Assembly (NCBI RefSeq): GCF_963921235.1
Contig: NC_086097.1
Location: forward strand, 109,370,001-109,434,000
Direction of reading: 5' to 3'
Origin: Mobula hypostoma
Lineage: Eukaryota
DNA: 64,000 bases
The position numbers and the translations under genes were made by a program. Below are positions 50,640-64,000 of the stretch, one piece after another. Numbering within the stretch: the stretch's first letter is position 1; every line of letters starts with the position of its first letter. The notes beneath the pieces were generated by a model. That model was not told where the DNA came from. It did not search any database and worked only from the letters and a program-made list of their open reading frames with translations.

Positions 50640-53545
50640 AATTAAAAGTCTACATTCATTCTATAGGCAGTGAATTACAGGAATTAAAAATGCAAATCAA
50701 GGAGGTGGTATATGAATGAAACAAGTAAATTTTATTGTTTTTCACTGACGGATGCATCTCACCAGGAATAGCTATAAGTCAGGAACTGGAAGAGAAGGAG
50801 ATGCTCAGGAAAATGGCAGTCACTTGAGCAAATTGTCAGAGCTGTAGGTTGACAAAACTATCTGTCATGATTTCTTAAAGAGATCTGAAGATGAAGCTAC
50901 AGCTAGTGAGATAGTTGATGTATTGATTTAATTTACCAAACTTCTATAGACCTGGGGAAAGTTTGGTGTTACATATTGGAAAATAACAGAAGTGGCTTCT
51001 AGATTCAAACAAGGATGGAGCTATAAAGTAGGAAACCACAGCCAGTTAGTTTAAAGTCTGTCATGAGGAAAATATTAAAATGTGTTGGTAGAGATGATAT
51101 AGCTAGACTCTTGGAAACATTCAAGGTAACGAGACAAAGCTAGTATGGTTTTGTAAATGAGAAGTGGCATTTATCCATGTTGTTGGAGATCGTTGAAGAG
51201 GTAATGTACTGTACTGGGGTCTTCATGATACACAGATTTCCACGTGTGGCGGGGTAGAGCTTTTCTCTCTACCAAAGGAGGTGTAAGATGCACCTTCCCT
51301 CCACTAGCCTGTAGGTCACCTTTGGGCAAGGTGTAGAAAGTATGTGCTTAGAATCCACCCCCGGATCAGGATCATGTGAAGCCATGGGAGCAGGTGGTTG
51401 ACGGTGCATATCACAATTCCTGTTTATGTGACGGGCACGGGTGAGTCCTGGGCTGCATGTCCTGCTCACTTAAGGAAGGTGAAGCATTTTCCATAGCCTC
51501 TCCTTTCCAGGTGTAGTGACCGCCACAGGACAACGGTTTGGCTTGCCATGCAGGAGATCACTTGCATACAGCCTCTCCTACACTACTGTGTCCATAGAAA
51601 CGCCTTCAAGTGCTGTCCCTGTTCTTACTGAGTTTGCTGTGTCATGGCACGACCGAGTGTCCAGTGGAATAACTGGGCAGGCAGGCTGTGCTCATCAGCC
51701 TTTGTTGGCAGACAGTCTAGGAGAAAGACAACTCTGATTCCAAACCTGGGTAGATGGGACTCGTTAGCTTTGTCAGGCAGTCTGTCTAGAAGAAGGAAAA
51801 CTCCGATACTCAACCTACAGTCTAGCGGTTGCTGCAGCCATCACTGCTCATTGTGCCATTGTGGAACGTCCCCCGGCCTATAGAGTGGAATCAGACCATG
51901 CACACCGATCCTCACAGTGCAGGCAGGAGGATGATCGTGCTGTCGCTCCTGAGGACTCTTCTCCTCTCAAGCGAAGAACCAGTCACCACCACCATATGTT
52001 TATGCAGCCACTGACATCAGGCAGACAATGTCTGAAGAGCATTGATAATGGCTGGGGCTCACCCAGCTTGTAAAGACACTTGCCCAGAAGGCAGCAATAG
52101 CAAACCACCTCTGCAGAAAAATTTGCCAAGAACAATCATGGTCATGGAGTCAGACCATGATCGCCCATGTCACATAATGATGATGATCTTGCCAGAGGGT
52201 GGTTTCTCCGAGCTCTTTGCAAAAACAGCTTACTTTCTTCCTCTCAATGTCTCTTTTTTTCCTTTCAAGGTGGATGGGGTTCTGTTGGAGTCTGTGATCT
52301 ACAGTCACACTTAAATTGTGACTCTTTATGGCAATGGGAGGGGAGAGGGTTGATGCTTTGCTGCTGCTTGTGCATGGGAGGGAGAGAGGGGGCTTTGGGG
52401 TCCTAACATTTTACTCTCATTTATTTTTTCGGGTATTGTTTTGCATGGATATCTGTGAAGAGCAAGAATTTCAGGTTTCATACTGTATAGATTACAGATA
52501 TTAAATGGAACCTTGAACCATTGATGAGATTTCCACAAGGCATTTGGTAAGGTGCACATTAGGGGTTAAGATTAAAGCTGGTGGTATAGGATATAGAATA
52601 TAATCTCAGTTGAAGAAATAGAGAGAAAACTAACTAGCTCTTTTTTCTGGTTAGCAAAATGCAATATGTAGCGTGGCTTGGACTGAAACTTCTTAATATT
52701 CATATAAATGGCTTTGATGAAAATGTCAAAAGTAAAGTTTCTATATTTGCAAAGTCACAAAAGACTGGTAGGAAAGTAGGAGGACATAAGAAATTTGCAG
52801 AGGTATATGTAAGTGAATGGCCAAAGATATGCAAACTAAAATATAATGTAGGAAAGCGTAAAAGTGACAGGCTGAGGGATTTTATAGCTCTGACGGTGAT
52901 CAGAATGTCCATGATTAGCAAGAGGCCAATTTTCAGGCATGGCAAACAATTAGGAAAGCAACAGAAGACTATTGTCTATAACTATGGGAATTGAATGCAA
53001 AGTTAGGAAAGTTATGCTTCAGTTACATAAGGCAACTGGAGTGTCAGGTACAGAATTTGGTAGCTATAGTTAACATGAACAAACTGGAGGCAATTTACAG
53101 AAGGTTTACCATCTCCATACCTAGAATGGACAGGTTGTCTCATGAGGTAAGTTTGGATGAATAGAGTCTGTATCTCCTCAAGCTGAAAGAGTCAGTGGGG
53201 TCTTGACTGAAGCATACTAAATCCCAAGAGAACTTGAGAGGGTGAATAGGGAGAGGAGGTTCCTTCTTGAACTAGGGATCACAGCTTAAAACTAACAGGT
53301 CATCTATACAAAACCAGCATGAAACAGAACATTTTCTCTCAGAAAGTCATGAATTTTTAGAATGTCCTTCACTTCAGCGGAAAACTTTCAGGACAGAAGT
53401 GGATGAAATATTGATAAATAACAAGTTAATATGGGTAGACTAATGTGAGAATGCAGAGTTAGAGTTACAGTTAGAACAGCTATGAACTAATGAAATGGCA
53501 GAACAGACTCGAGGCCAAATGGTCTGCCATTATTCCTCATATTCA
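50640..53545 (+). mobile_element. Very old CR1, interrupted at ~51250-52520 by non-autonomous elements
   Basis: ggaaaccacagccagttagtttaa (GNYRPVSL-like), IHINGFDENVKSKVSIFA, 3' UTR atggcagaacagactcgagg. Confidence 0.6.
51250..52190 (+). mobile_element. RTE-related non-autonomous/SINE-like elements, nested
   Basis: RTE/BovB-like tail gaaggcagcaatagcaaaccacctctg...ttgccaagaacaatcatgg ending in (tga)n; internal RTE 5'-like motif gtctagaagaaggaaaactccgat. Confidence 0.5.
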
Positions 53546-54000
53546 TAAATTACCACAATTACTGAGGCACAGTGAAAAGCCTGCCGTGCATATTGTTACA
53601 TGGTGCATTGAGATAGGGCAGAATGCTGAATGAAGTGTAACAGCTAAAGAGAAAGTTTGGTGTAGGTATTGACAAGGTGTAAGTTAACAAAACAAACTCA
53701 AGCACAGGAATAATGTTCACTAGTAATTTTACAACACAGCATTTCCCAAGAACTGATGAACTTCAGCAGCAAATTTTGATATTCACTAACTATCTTTCAA
53801 AAGTATCTCACCCAGCTGCAGTTAACCCCACCATGACCACATTGCCCCACCCCTCTGCAGACGATCAGTTACCCCTCAAATCCTGCTGATCATGATTCCC
53901 ATAGCCGTGTGAATTAGCATCTTCCCTCCTAGCCATGCAGTCTCCACTAATCCTTATTACAAACTGCATGGCATTGTAAAAACAGCAATGGTTTAACTCA

Positions 54001-54141
54001 CACACGAGGAGATCTGCAGATGCTGGAAATTCAAGCAACACACACAAAAAATGCTGGTGAACACAGCAGGCCAGGCAGCATCTATAGGAAGAGGTACAGT
54101 CGACGTTTCGGGCCGAGACCCTTCGTCAGGACTTTGTCAGG
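54001..54141 (-). mobile_element. Short Neptune-like PLE 3' fragment truncated at the hammerhead
   Basis: TSD atggtttaactca / atggtttagctca (53988-54000 and 54142-54154). Confidence 0.85.
54097..54133 (-). ncRNA. Minimal type I hammerhead ribozyme
   Basis: Reverse complement agtc-CTGACGA-a-gggt-ctcg-gccc-GAAA-c-GTC-gactg. Confidence 0.82.
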
Positions 54142-57100
54142 ATGGTTTAGCTCATTCATACTGTGGTACCTCATTAACCACTAGTTAGTTCAGTTCCCCT
54201 TCACAAAATTCTAGCAAAGGCAATCATTTGCACAGCCATAATAGGTTTATCCAAAGTCATAAGCATAATATTGGGAATCTAATGTAGGCATGTGAATAAT
54301 ATGGAATAATATTTGATTCCTAAATATTACACTGCCACATTTTTTCCTTCTACTCTCCTCTAATATCATAGGGCATTTCAAATATTGCAGAAAAATATAT
54401 TGTTGGCCAGTGAAAGAAAAACTGTAATCGATCACAAATAGAAACAAAGTTTCTCACCAGTAAAGTTTGCAGCTTCAAAAGAAATATCTGATAGATAACT
54501 CTTCGTTCCTCTGTCAATTTCACGTACAGCTTTTTGTTAGACATTGTAGATAATACAACTATAGCCCCATCAAATCATAGTGCATCGGAAGGAAGTATTG
54601 GTTCGCCACACAATCTGCTTACAATCTATTCCTCTTACCCTCGGATTTTGGATAAACAATGAAACATGAATTTATGGCAAAGTATACATGGTAATGCAAA
54701 ACTGACTTTTTAGAAATAAAGCCCATGCTTCTGAATCCACAATTTTATGCAAAGCCTTATCAAGATCATATTTACCCTATCTTGACAAACGGTTTAGTAA
54801 TAAATATGTTTAATATTCTAGTATTAAAATATCAATAGCTTAGTTTTCATATTTTAGTGGTACAATGAAAAGCAGACACGGATTCAGCAATATAGAACTT
54901 CTCACCAACAGAAAGCTGACAGCTGTCTTCAGTGAAGGACAATCTAGATGCTCTACTGCTCAGAGCCTCACCTCAGGCTTATCTACCCTACAACAGTTGT
55001 TGTCATGGTAATACTGTGTTTCCATGGCTTTTCCTCACTTCCAATTAATCTCTTTCAAAACATTAATTATGGCCTGAAGATTTTCTTAAGAGTCTGGAAG
55101 CTATGGGATAGCATGTACCAAACACTGTGGCAGAAGTATATGTTAAGACAATTTGTAATGTCTGGCAAATTCAAGGACTCCTTTGAAAATCAATTAGTAG
55201 TATATTTTAAAAGAACTCTTGAATAATTCAATAATTAATTATCAGCAGCAAGTCCATCAATTGGAATTATTCCTTCATAGGAAGCTGTAATCATGATTCA
55301 TACATACTTCTAAAGAATGTTCCAGAAATCTGAACAGATTTGCAAATAGTTTTAAGTTGCTTTTGACCCCCAGATTGTCCATTTAATGAAGAACAATGGT
55401 CAAATGTTTTAAAGATTACCCAAAGAAATAAGTTCAATTAAAATCATAACCCTTGAATTAATCCACTTTCACATTTGACTCTGTATTTGTTGCTCACTTG
55501 CAGTGACAACACATTTGTAACGTACCCTTGGATTAAAAATTCACTCATTCAGTCTCCCAGAAAGGTGACATGCTGTTGAAAATCGGAATAGAGCAATTGA
55601 TGCACATTTATCACTCACTGGCAATTTTTAGGCCAGTTTTCAGCAGAATTTTTCTTTTACCCACCATGTTTCTTCCGATACCAAACATGGCCAAGTGATA
55701 TCAACTGCACTTTTAGTGCAAAGCGATGAAAATTAATTTAATTTATTCACAGCACAATCGGGTTTTATCAGCCGCAAATATAAACAGAACTAACACACCA
55801 ACATGTGAGTTAGGAGCAGGAGGTGCTCACAGCTGATTTGCCATTCAATAACTTAATGGCTAATTTGTCTGTAACCTCAACCGTGCCTTCCCCACCTATC
55901 CCCCTAACCTTTCAATTGCTACTTTCCTGCTGCTTTATACTTCCAGACTTTCCCCCCAACCTTTGGTATGATTTCCACTGGCAATTGGAAATAATATATT
56001 CCATTTAAGAGAACAGTAAAATAAAAGATGTTTTAAATCTTAAAAAAACCGGAAAATACTAAAAATATTTCTACTGGGAAGTCAACTCTTGTTCTCATAC
56101 AAGTACTGATTACAAACACAAATAGTTATAAAAAAATGTGACTTACCCCTTTTTTTACTTTTCTTCCTCCTGGATATAATATCTCCATTAAAATGTGTGA
56201 ACAGGTCTAAACGGGCACAGGATCCATCGGTGAATGCAAACCCGCATCTCAGCTCTGGATTCCATGTGGATGGGGGTAGAGTTAGATGCAGCAGCAGGAA
56301 CCTGTCAGCTGTTCCAGCACTTCTATCATCAGATATGCATCTGTCAAGTCTTGAACTTGCTGGTATTTATGTTCAAACGGTAGTAGTTCTGGATGAAATT
56401 GTTTCTCCCAAAACATAGAAGAATCTGTATCAATGTCATTTTTATGCATGTTATTAATTTGATGTTTGATTCAGGGAGCACTTTTTCCCATGAGGGAAGG
56501 CCTGAACTTTACTTACTATGTGATGACCTGTGCATGTCAAGGGGCACTCTCCATTGAGAGCATTGTCTCTTCCTTCATGGTTTGAGGTTTTAAAGTCAAG
56601 ACAACAGATGGTATACGGCAATAAGAATTCTCTGAGTTTCTATGTGTAGGAGATGGTTCTCTGGGAATTAACTGTTCATCATTTGCAGTAAAATGTCAGC
56701 CACTTTCCTAGTAAAAATGTTGCATCCAGCATGCTTCCTGGAATTTCCACCCATAGTCCCTGCGGTCCCACATGCAGCTAGTCTTGAAGCAAAGGCCCAA
56801 TGTCAGACCCTCTAGAGCAGGGTTTTATGCCTTAGACTCTTACCATTAGTCAACTCCAAGTTGGAGACCCTGCTCTAGAGCTAGGTTTGGAGAGGTCAGG
56901 CATAGTGAGGACTACAGCACTGACTTAGCCTCAGGTAAATACCTTGCTCCCGGATTGCCCTAACAGCCCATGGAAGAAAGCAAGCTGGGGTGGGGGGGGG
57001 TGGGGGAACCTTGCCTACTGTCAAAACTGTGAGGATTTTATTTTAATATCTTTAAATATCTCTTACATTCAGTTACATTAATTATTCCATAAATACACAC

Positions 57101-57987
57101 TTTAAAATAAGAAAAGTTAAAAACTTTACAGTAAATGTATTTTCCTTTAAAAAAAAATCACTGACCCTTCCCATTCTCCAGGCTGAGAGTCCCATTGAAA
57201 ATGAGAGGAGTATTGGCCCCATTCTATATTTGATGGGTGAAGGACTGGAGAGGCGGTGACCCAAGCAAAGTAGACCCAAATCCCAGCAAGGGCCTGAGCT
57301 CTGCCATCAAGCTCCAGGCCATGGCATCCATCACTCAGTAAGTCCCCCCTACTGTTCCCAACGATTTAATTATAGGAAGGCAGATAATGATCAGATCAGA
57401 ATCACTTATTTCTTAGTTTTTCTCCATTACTATGTTGGAGCACTTTAATGGCCTGGGAGTGTATCCATCCGTGTTTATCATATCTTGTCTAATTATTTAA
57501 TAATTTGATTTTATAAACAACCTTAATTCGGCTTTTAAAATAATGTTCACATAGAACAACTCCATAAATGCAGAATCTGGTTCAGAGTGAAGCTATTTTC
57601 TTAAAAGTCCCAAAATTAAGGCAAGGATACAATAGCCAGAGTCTGCATGAAGTTTTAAGGATGCCCAGGAATCTGTCCTCCAAAAGGGAATGTGAATTAC
57701 TGAGCATCACTCTGAGGGGGCAATGACGGCTCGGGAGAGCAAACCCTTCAGCACGACATTACCGCCACTCATGTGAGATGGAATTCTTTGAGGCCAGGTC
57801 ATCTGGGCTTAGAGTTACTGAAAGTGATTATTCATATCCATTTGCAGCCTCAGACACTGAAGCTGTGCATCCTCGATTAGCAAGCCACTAGGGACACACA
57901 GCATGGAAGTACGAGGCAGACCAAAGCAATGGAAGACAGAGACTAAAGTATCCACAACATAATTAATTGAATCTATAAACATGTATC

Positions 57988-58760
57988 TGTTATGCCTTGT
58001 AACTCCAGAAACTAATTAAAAGAAAAACACAGGAGCCTGGGGGTAGATGTGTCTACTTCATTTAGTTTTAGAGAGGTGTGCACTTGTGACATGGTAGCAT
58101 AATGACGTATGCCATTCATGTACTTTTACCTATAACCCATGATGAATTATTTAAACAAAGAGTGCTTAATCAATATATTTACAATCTTACTGAAATATTA
58201 AATACACAACACTCCTCTCTGCTTATCAATAAACTCCAAACCAATATAGAATGCATCTCATCATATATACACACTATACAATATAATACAACTATTATAT
58301 ATACACAACAACATACCAAACATTAAATTGTCTCATTCAGGCCTAAACATTTAATCACTGTGGAGGATTTATTACTCTTGTGGTATTGCATCTTTCCTGA
58401 CAAGGGGTGTCACTCTGCTTGGCAGGTGAGACTTGTGGCTGTGAAACAATCTGAGGTCAGGTTCTGTGTCCTCCTTCGTGGTGTTTGTAGGAGTTGACAG
58501 TGGTCTACAGGAAATGGTTCTGACAGCTCTGGACACCTCCCTTCTCTAGCAGTTGACTCTGCTCTCCTCAACTGATCTTCACCAGATGACTTCAGTTACA
58601 ATTTCCAGTTCTGTCATTAATCTGTAGTCCCTCACCAGAACTGCTTGTCCAGGAGTGAAACATCAAACCTCCTTGTATAAGGAGCCTTCAATTTGTCTCA
58701 GCAGCTTGTCCTGCATATATCTTCTGAGATCGGGTTTGAGGAGATCCAAGCATGAGCAGA
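57988..58760 (-). mobile_element. Gypsy LTR retrotransposon 3' remnant: integrase C-terminus, PPT, 3' LTR (57988-58211)
   Basis: LDLLKPDLRRYMQDK...FTPGQAVLVRDYR; PPT aagcagagaggag; LTR tgttgtg...cataaca (TG...CA). Confidence 0.8.
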
Positions 58761-59119
58761 AGAGATATATATCTGTATATATGTCCTTGATGGCAGGTAG
58801 GCTAGTGCCAGTGATGTGTTGTAGAGCTTTCCTGTCTGCACTGAAGGTTCTGTATCACACAGTGATGCAGCATGCTGGGATGTCTCTACTGTGCAGCTGT
58901 AAGAGATCATTAGTATTGATATGCATTGTCCAGCTCTCCCCAGCTACCTGAGAAAATAGAGGCATCAGTGAGCTTCTCGATTCTGGATGATGTGTTTTGG
59001 GACCACGAGATGTGGTCTGAGATGTGCACTCCCAGAAGTTTGAAATTTCTTGCAGTTCCACTATTACATTATGCAAATCCAGTGTGTGGCAGTCCTGTGG
59101 GCAAGAACACCTTGGTAAT

Positions 59120-61278
59120 GAGAGATGACAGGAGAAAATAGCCAGACTGGTTTTCAAGCTTCCAGGAACACAAATAACCATGCATTATAACAGTGATGTG
59201 CTGAAGAGCATCTCTGAATGCAAAACAAGTTGAACCTTGAAGTGGATGGGCTACAGCAGCAGAAGATCACAAATAAACACCCACTGCCACTTTATCAGGT
59301 ACAGGAGGTAAAAAAAAGGATTGAGTGCTTTCCCGGCAAATATGATGAATAAATTCTTCTTGAGCTACCAGATTGGTACAGGTATCAATTTTTACTGACA
59401 TTCCGATGACAACCTCTGCCATCTTCATCAGAGATGATGCCTAGGTATGTCTGGTCCTGTGGTATATTTACACAACTCCCATCATCCGTCCCTTCCTTCC
59501 TTCCTGATTGGTTCGTCGTCAGTCAATCAGGTTTCCACTGTTTCACCTTGTTTAAATTGAATTCCCATCGTTACTTAGTGTGAGGCATTCATCATTGTGA
59601 AAATTATTTTCTTCTAGGTTTATTTCAATGGCTTCTTTCACCAGGAGGTCCCAAAACCCAATAGTTTTGTGTTGTCGAAGTCAATCCTATGGTCATTGTG
59701 AATGCAGTGTTCTGCTACCACCGATTTCTCCGGGTATCCCAAATGGATACACCTCTGGCACTCCTTGATGCGGGTTTCCGCTTTGCGTCCTGTCTGGCCG
59801 ATACACTCTGTTTCCCATTCACAGGGAATCTTGCAAACACCAGCCGTCCTGAATCTCAGGTCATCTTTGACCCATATAAGCTGGGATTTGAGCTTCCTTA
59901 AGGGTTTGTGAATGATATAAATCTGGTATTTCTTCAGGATCCCGGCAATCCTTCCAGAAACCGTGGAAATATAGGGACAACAGGTGGTAGTGACAGGTTC
60001 CTCTTCATTGTTAGGTTCCCTGGTTTTCCTGCTGGCCCCTTTCAGGCCCGTTTTTTAAGGGCCTGATTGATTTCCTTCACCTTGCAGCTACTTAGTAGGA
60101 AGTCATGCATCTTATTTCCTCATGGAGACACGCAAGGTCCGAAATAGTTTCGCACGGTTAATCAAAGTAGAAAGCTGCATATTGGGAGGCGTGATGGTGC
60201 CTATTATTGTTGAGGTACGAGTTCGTGTGAGTGGGTTTCTGACAGACACCATGCCCGGCTACTGTTGGATTTCCGTCATATTAGAATATTCAGGAACAAG
60301 AGGCAACTGTTCTTCTCTATCTCCATCGTAAACTAAATGTTTGGATGTGTGCTATTCAGATGATCATGGAACTGTTGGAGTGCCTGGAGTCCATGAGGCC
60401 ACACTACGAAGGTGTCATCAACATATATGAATAAGCACTTGGGGCCTAAGGGTGATGATTAACCGTGCAAAAACTAATTTTGGAACTGAAGAGTCTCCAT
60501 GGGGAAATAAGAATATTACACTCAACGTTCCCACAGAATGGCTATATGGCAAAAGAAATTATCGGGCCTTTAAAAGGAAACTTGATGGGAAAACCAGGAA
60601 ACCAAACAACAAGGAGGAACCTGTCGCTGCCACCTGTTGTCCCTATATTTCCACAGTTTCTGGAAGGATTGCCGGGATCCTGGAGAAATACAGGATTAAT
60701 ACCATTCACAAACCCATAAGGAAGCTCAAATCCCAGCTTATGTGGGTCAAAGATGACCTGGGACTCAGGCCGCCTGGCGTTTATGGAATTCTCTGTGAAG
60801 GTGAAGCAGCGTATATCAGCCAGAGAGGATGCACGGTGGAAACCCTCATCAAGGGGCACAGGAGGTGCATCTGTTTGGGTTACCTGGAGAAATCGGCGTT
60901 AGCAGAACACTGCATTCACAATGGCCATAGGATTAACTTCGATGGCACAAAACTTCTGTGTCACGCCAATGGCTTTTGGGACTGCCATTGAAATAAAACC
61001 AGTGGAAGAATTCTAACAAAGATGAAAGTAAGAACTGGAATTCGATTGTAAGTAAGGTGGGACAGTAGAAACCTGATTACTTGAGGACTAACCAATCAAG
61101 AGGGATGGACGAGAGGGGTGTATATACCACTGGAGTAGATGTACCTGGACATCATCCCAGATGAAGATGGCAGAGTTTGTCACTGAAACTTCAGTTAAAA
61201 TTGATACCTGTACTCTGCTGGTAGCCCAGGAAGAGTTTATTTGTACAGGAGGTACTTAATAAAGTGGCCACTGAATGC
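59120..61278 (+). mobile_element. Tc1-like MITE 3' part (59120-59310 and 61243-61278) split by a PLE insertion
   Basis: gaagagcatctctgaatg...ggatgggctacagcagcagaaga and terminal taataaagtggccactga. Confidence 0.75.
59311..61242 (-). mobile_element. Poseidon/Penelope-type PLE, decayed, with inverted 5' segment (60453-61242)
   Basis: PYISTVSGRIAGILEKYRINTIHKP..KDD..GVYGILC...YISQ...KSALAEHC GIY-YIG; RT YVDD remnant near 60410-60430; 12-bp TSD gtacaggaggta (59299-59310 and 61243-61254). Confidence 0.85.
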
Positions 61279-63509
61279 ACGTTCTGCTTCTACCTCTACA
61301 GGCGCAACTTGAACACCATATTCCGTGTTTATTTTATGAAGGTTTATTAAAACTTACTTATCCTTTAACTCCACATCCAAATCTCAGCATCCCATACTCT
61401 TTTTAAACTGTATTCTCTAACTACCATGTCACTTTCAGCAGTTTATGTGTATATTCCGATCTCTCTGCTCCTGCATCATTTAAAAAATTTGTGCCATGTA
61501 GTTGCTTCTTCTGAATTTTAACACCTGACTTCTTCTTGTAAAATACCATCTGCTTCATGACCACCTACAGTATTTTACTAACCTATCTTCTGCTAGTCTT
61601 TAATCCTCTCCACATATTATTTTTGTATGTCCTAACCAATCTATTCTAGTTGCCAAATTACTTTTTAAAGTAATTTGTCATGCTCCCTAGAAGAGTTTCA
61701 GACCTTTAGCTAGTCTTCAAGGTGTAAATGAGTCTGGATGAAGTCCAATCATTATCACCTTTGAATCATTTGGTTATTAAAAACCCAGGATACATTTAAG
61801 AGACAAGCAAGTGCAACAACACTTGAATTTTAACATGATTCCAGATGAATGAATTAAAAATTGCATAATGGCCTTTCTCATCAGCTTTTTGTATGTTCAT
61901 AAAAGATCAGTCAATGAACAGAATCTGTGTCTGCACCTCACGTGGACCAGCCTTTCCCAGTTTCAAAATGTACTCAGGAAACCAAGTCCAGATTCAAAAA
62001 TCACTCATTTGCAATGTAATATTCTTGTAATTGATTCCCCCCCCCCCGCCCCGCCGCCGCCAAAATGGGCTTCACAATGTTTACGAATGTTGATGAGTGA
62101 GGGGATATACTATAACCATCTCAGGGTATGGAACTCTCCTCACGGTAGAGGGTTTGGGATTTATTATGTAGAAAATCAATTTGGATGCTTCATGCCCAGA
62201 TGTTGATGTAAAATGATACCAGTGGAAACCTGAGACTTTAGATTTGTTCCAGTTGAGCTACGGAACTGAACCTGGAATAACCAGCCTGAGCACTATTCTT
62301 TAGGCCGGTAGTAAGGTCAAACTCTGTGTCTCTCTATATTCTGAAAAGGTCGAAGAAATGTATCTATTTACTAATTACATCATTTTCCCTTTGTTGCTGA
62401 CTAACTGTGGATGATTTGTAAGTATATTATCAACGATGCTCTTATCATTGTTCTAATGCATACACTTTTCATAGACTCCAAACAGCAGTAATTGATATAC
62501 ATTATACCCCAGCAATCATTTGTGCAAATGCTCCTCCATGTTGCTGCTATAACTACTGAGATTATGCTAGTGAAAAATTGTTCAGTTAATTATTTTGTAT
62601 GCTTGAAGTTGCTTTGTTCTTTTCAATCTCAGTATCAACCACAGTATTTTTCTATAATTCAGGGTGACATGCACGCATTTTGCAGATTGTTTTGTTTTTC
62701 CTGATATAGATTTCAGATTTATATGCAGTAATATTCTGGCATTCTTTTTAAATCAAAAATAGAGAAGGTTGCAAAATACAGGCCCTGCACTACTCACTCC
62801 TGCCTCTAAGGGAGAATCTGCTTCAAGAACTCTCTTGCTTAAAGCAGACTCTTTGAATATTTTTGAAGCAGAGGTAATAATTAATTGGCAAAAGAATGAA
62901 AGTTTACTGCGGGTAGACAGGAAAGTAGAGTTGAGATTACAGAAAGATTAGCCATGATCTAATAAAATGGCAGAACATGCTTGAGGAACCCAATGGCCTA
63001 TTCCTGTTCCTAATTTACATTTTTTATGTTCTGAATATTTTAAACAAGATTTGTGTGTTTGATCTGATGTGATCATAGTTAAGCTTACTGCAAAAATTGA
63101 ATGCATAAATAAAGGTTTAAGCTTTTCCATAAACCACCATTACTGTGCTGTGTATTAGTCTGATTATATTTCTTTTCAATAATTTAGCGTAGGGGTAGCA
63201 CAATACTTTACTGTACAGAAGAACCTACTCTGCATCTCAATAAATTAAAAAAAATAAGTGTTCTTCCAGGAATATAACAATACCTTCAAGATTTTTTTAA
63301 GAATTAAAATCTCTTGTGTCTCCAATTTGAAAGTGAAGTTTTATTAATTCAGCTGAAAATGATCTTAGCACAAAACCAAATACAAATGTCCAGTCCTTCA
63401 ACTACACCTACTCTGAACTTTGAAAATGACTTTGATTAAACTATGCTGAACCTTCTGGTAGTTGGAATCAGAATCAGACTTATTATCACTGATAGGAGAC
63501 CTGTTTTGC

Positions 63510-64000
63510 TTCCTTAAGGTCATTATAGCCTGGAGTGGTAATGGGATAAGCTCCCTCCACCTGTCGAATGCTCCCAAATGCGTGCATCTCAAAAAGCCTC
63601 TGACAACCAAGGCCAGCTCCTAGCCTTTATGTGTGGCTTAGCTACTAAGCTCGATGGAACTGTTTCTACTGACAGGAAAGGGGGCAAAGGCTGGTTACTG
63701 GTGTCTTAAAACCAGTTGCTTTGAGGAGATGGGGCTCATCAGCTGTGGTTAGCAGTGGCTCATCCAGGAGAAAAAAAACTCTGATCTCAAACCTCCACTG
63801 TCCTGTGGCTACACCCACTCATGAGGAAGACTTCAGGAGTAAACCCGGAAGAAAAATCCGGAGCTGGAGTCTCCAGGGCAGTCCTACATTGAGTTCAACA
63901 CTAACTGGCATCTCCTGCGATGCTGCTGGTGCCAAACTATATCAGTTTCTGCTGTTCCTTTAGATTCATCAGCTGTGTGGAGAGGGGTAGCCTGCTGCTT
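63510..64000 (+). mobile_element. RTE-like 5' region / non-autonomous element, truncated by window edge
   Basis: atggggctcatcagc...ggagaaaaaaaactctgatctcaaacct motif shared with 51684-51818. Confidence 0.45.

Noticed and set aside
57747..57765. REST/NRSE site (ttcagcac)
   Set aside because: Only the left half-site matches; the GGACAG half is absent.

Overview
A 64 kb AT-rich vertebrate intronic/intergenic window. The repeat repertoire (CR1 with esterase ORF1, Rex1/Babar, HE1-like V-SINEs, Neptune- and Poseidon-like Penelope elements) suggests a cartilaginous fish, probably a ray; this is an inference. Most of the window is nested, decayed transposable elements: CR1 and Rex1/Babar LINEs, a HERO-like RLE non-LTR retrotransposon (21.6-25.2 kb), two Penelope-like element (PLE) families, Gypsy remnants, Tc1 and hAT MITEs, SINEs and an old ~33-bp minisatellite. 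The only host coding sequence I recognise is one minus-strand exon of PPP1R17 (G-substrate) at 8607-8768, with a possible 36-nt related micro-exon at 8046-8081. Both PLE families carry minimal hammerhead ribozymes in their terminal repeats. The most striking feature is a TSD-flanked PLE insertion (12542-14623) containing a fold-back whose two arms are both A-to-G hypermutated on the same strand with an ADAR-like neighbour bias. This looks like an A-to-I hyper-edited dsRNA that was reverse transcribed into the genome with its hammerhead core destroyed. Boundaries of old repeats are approximate and were read by eye; no searches were run.
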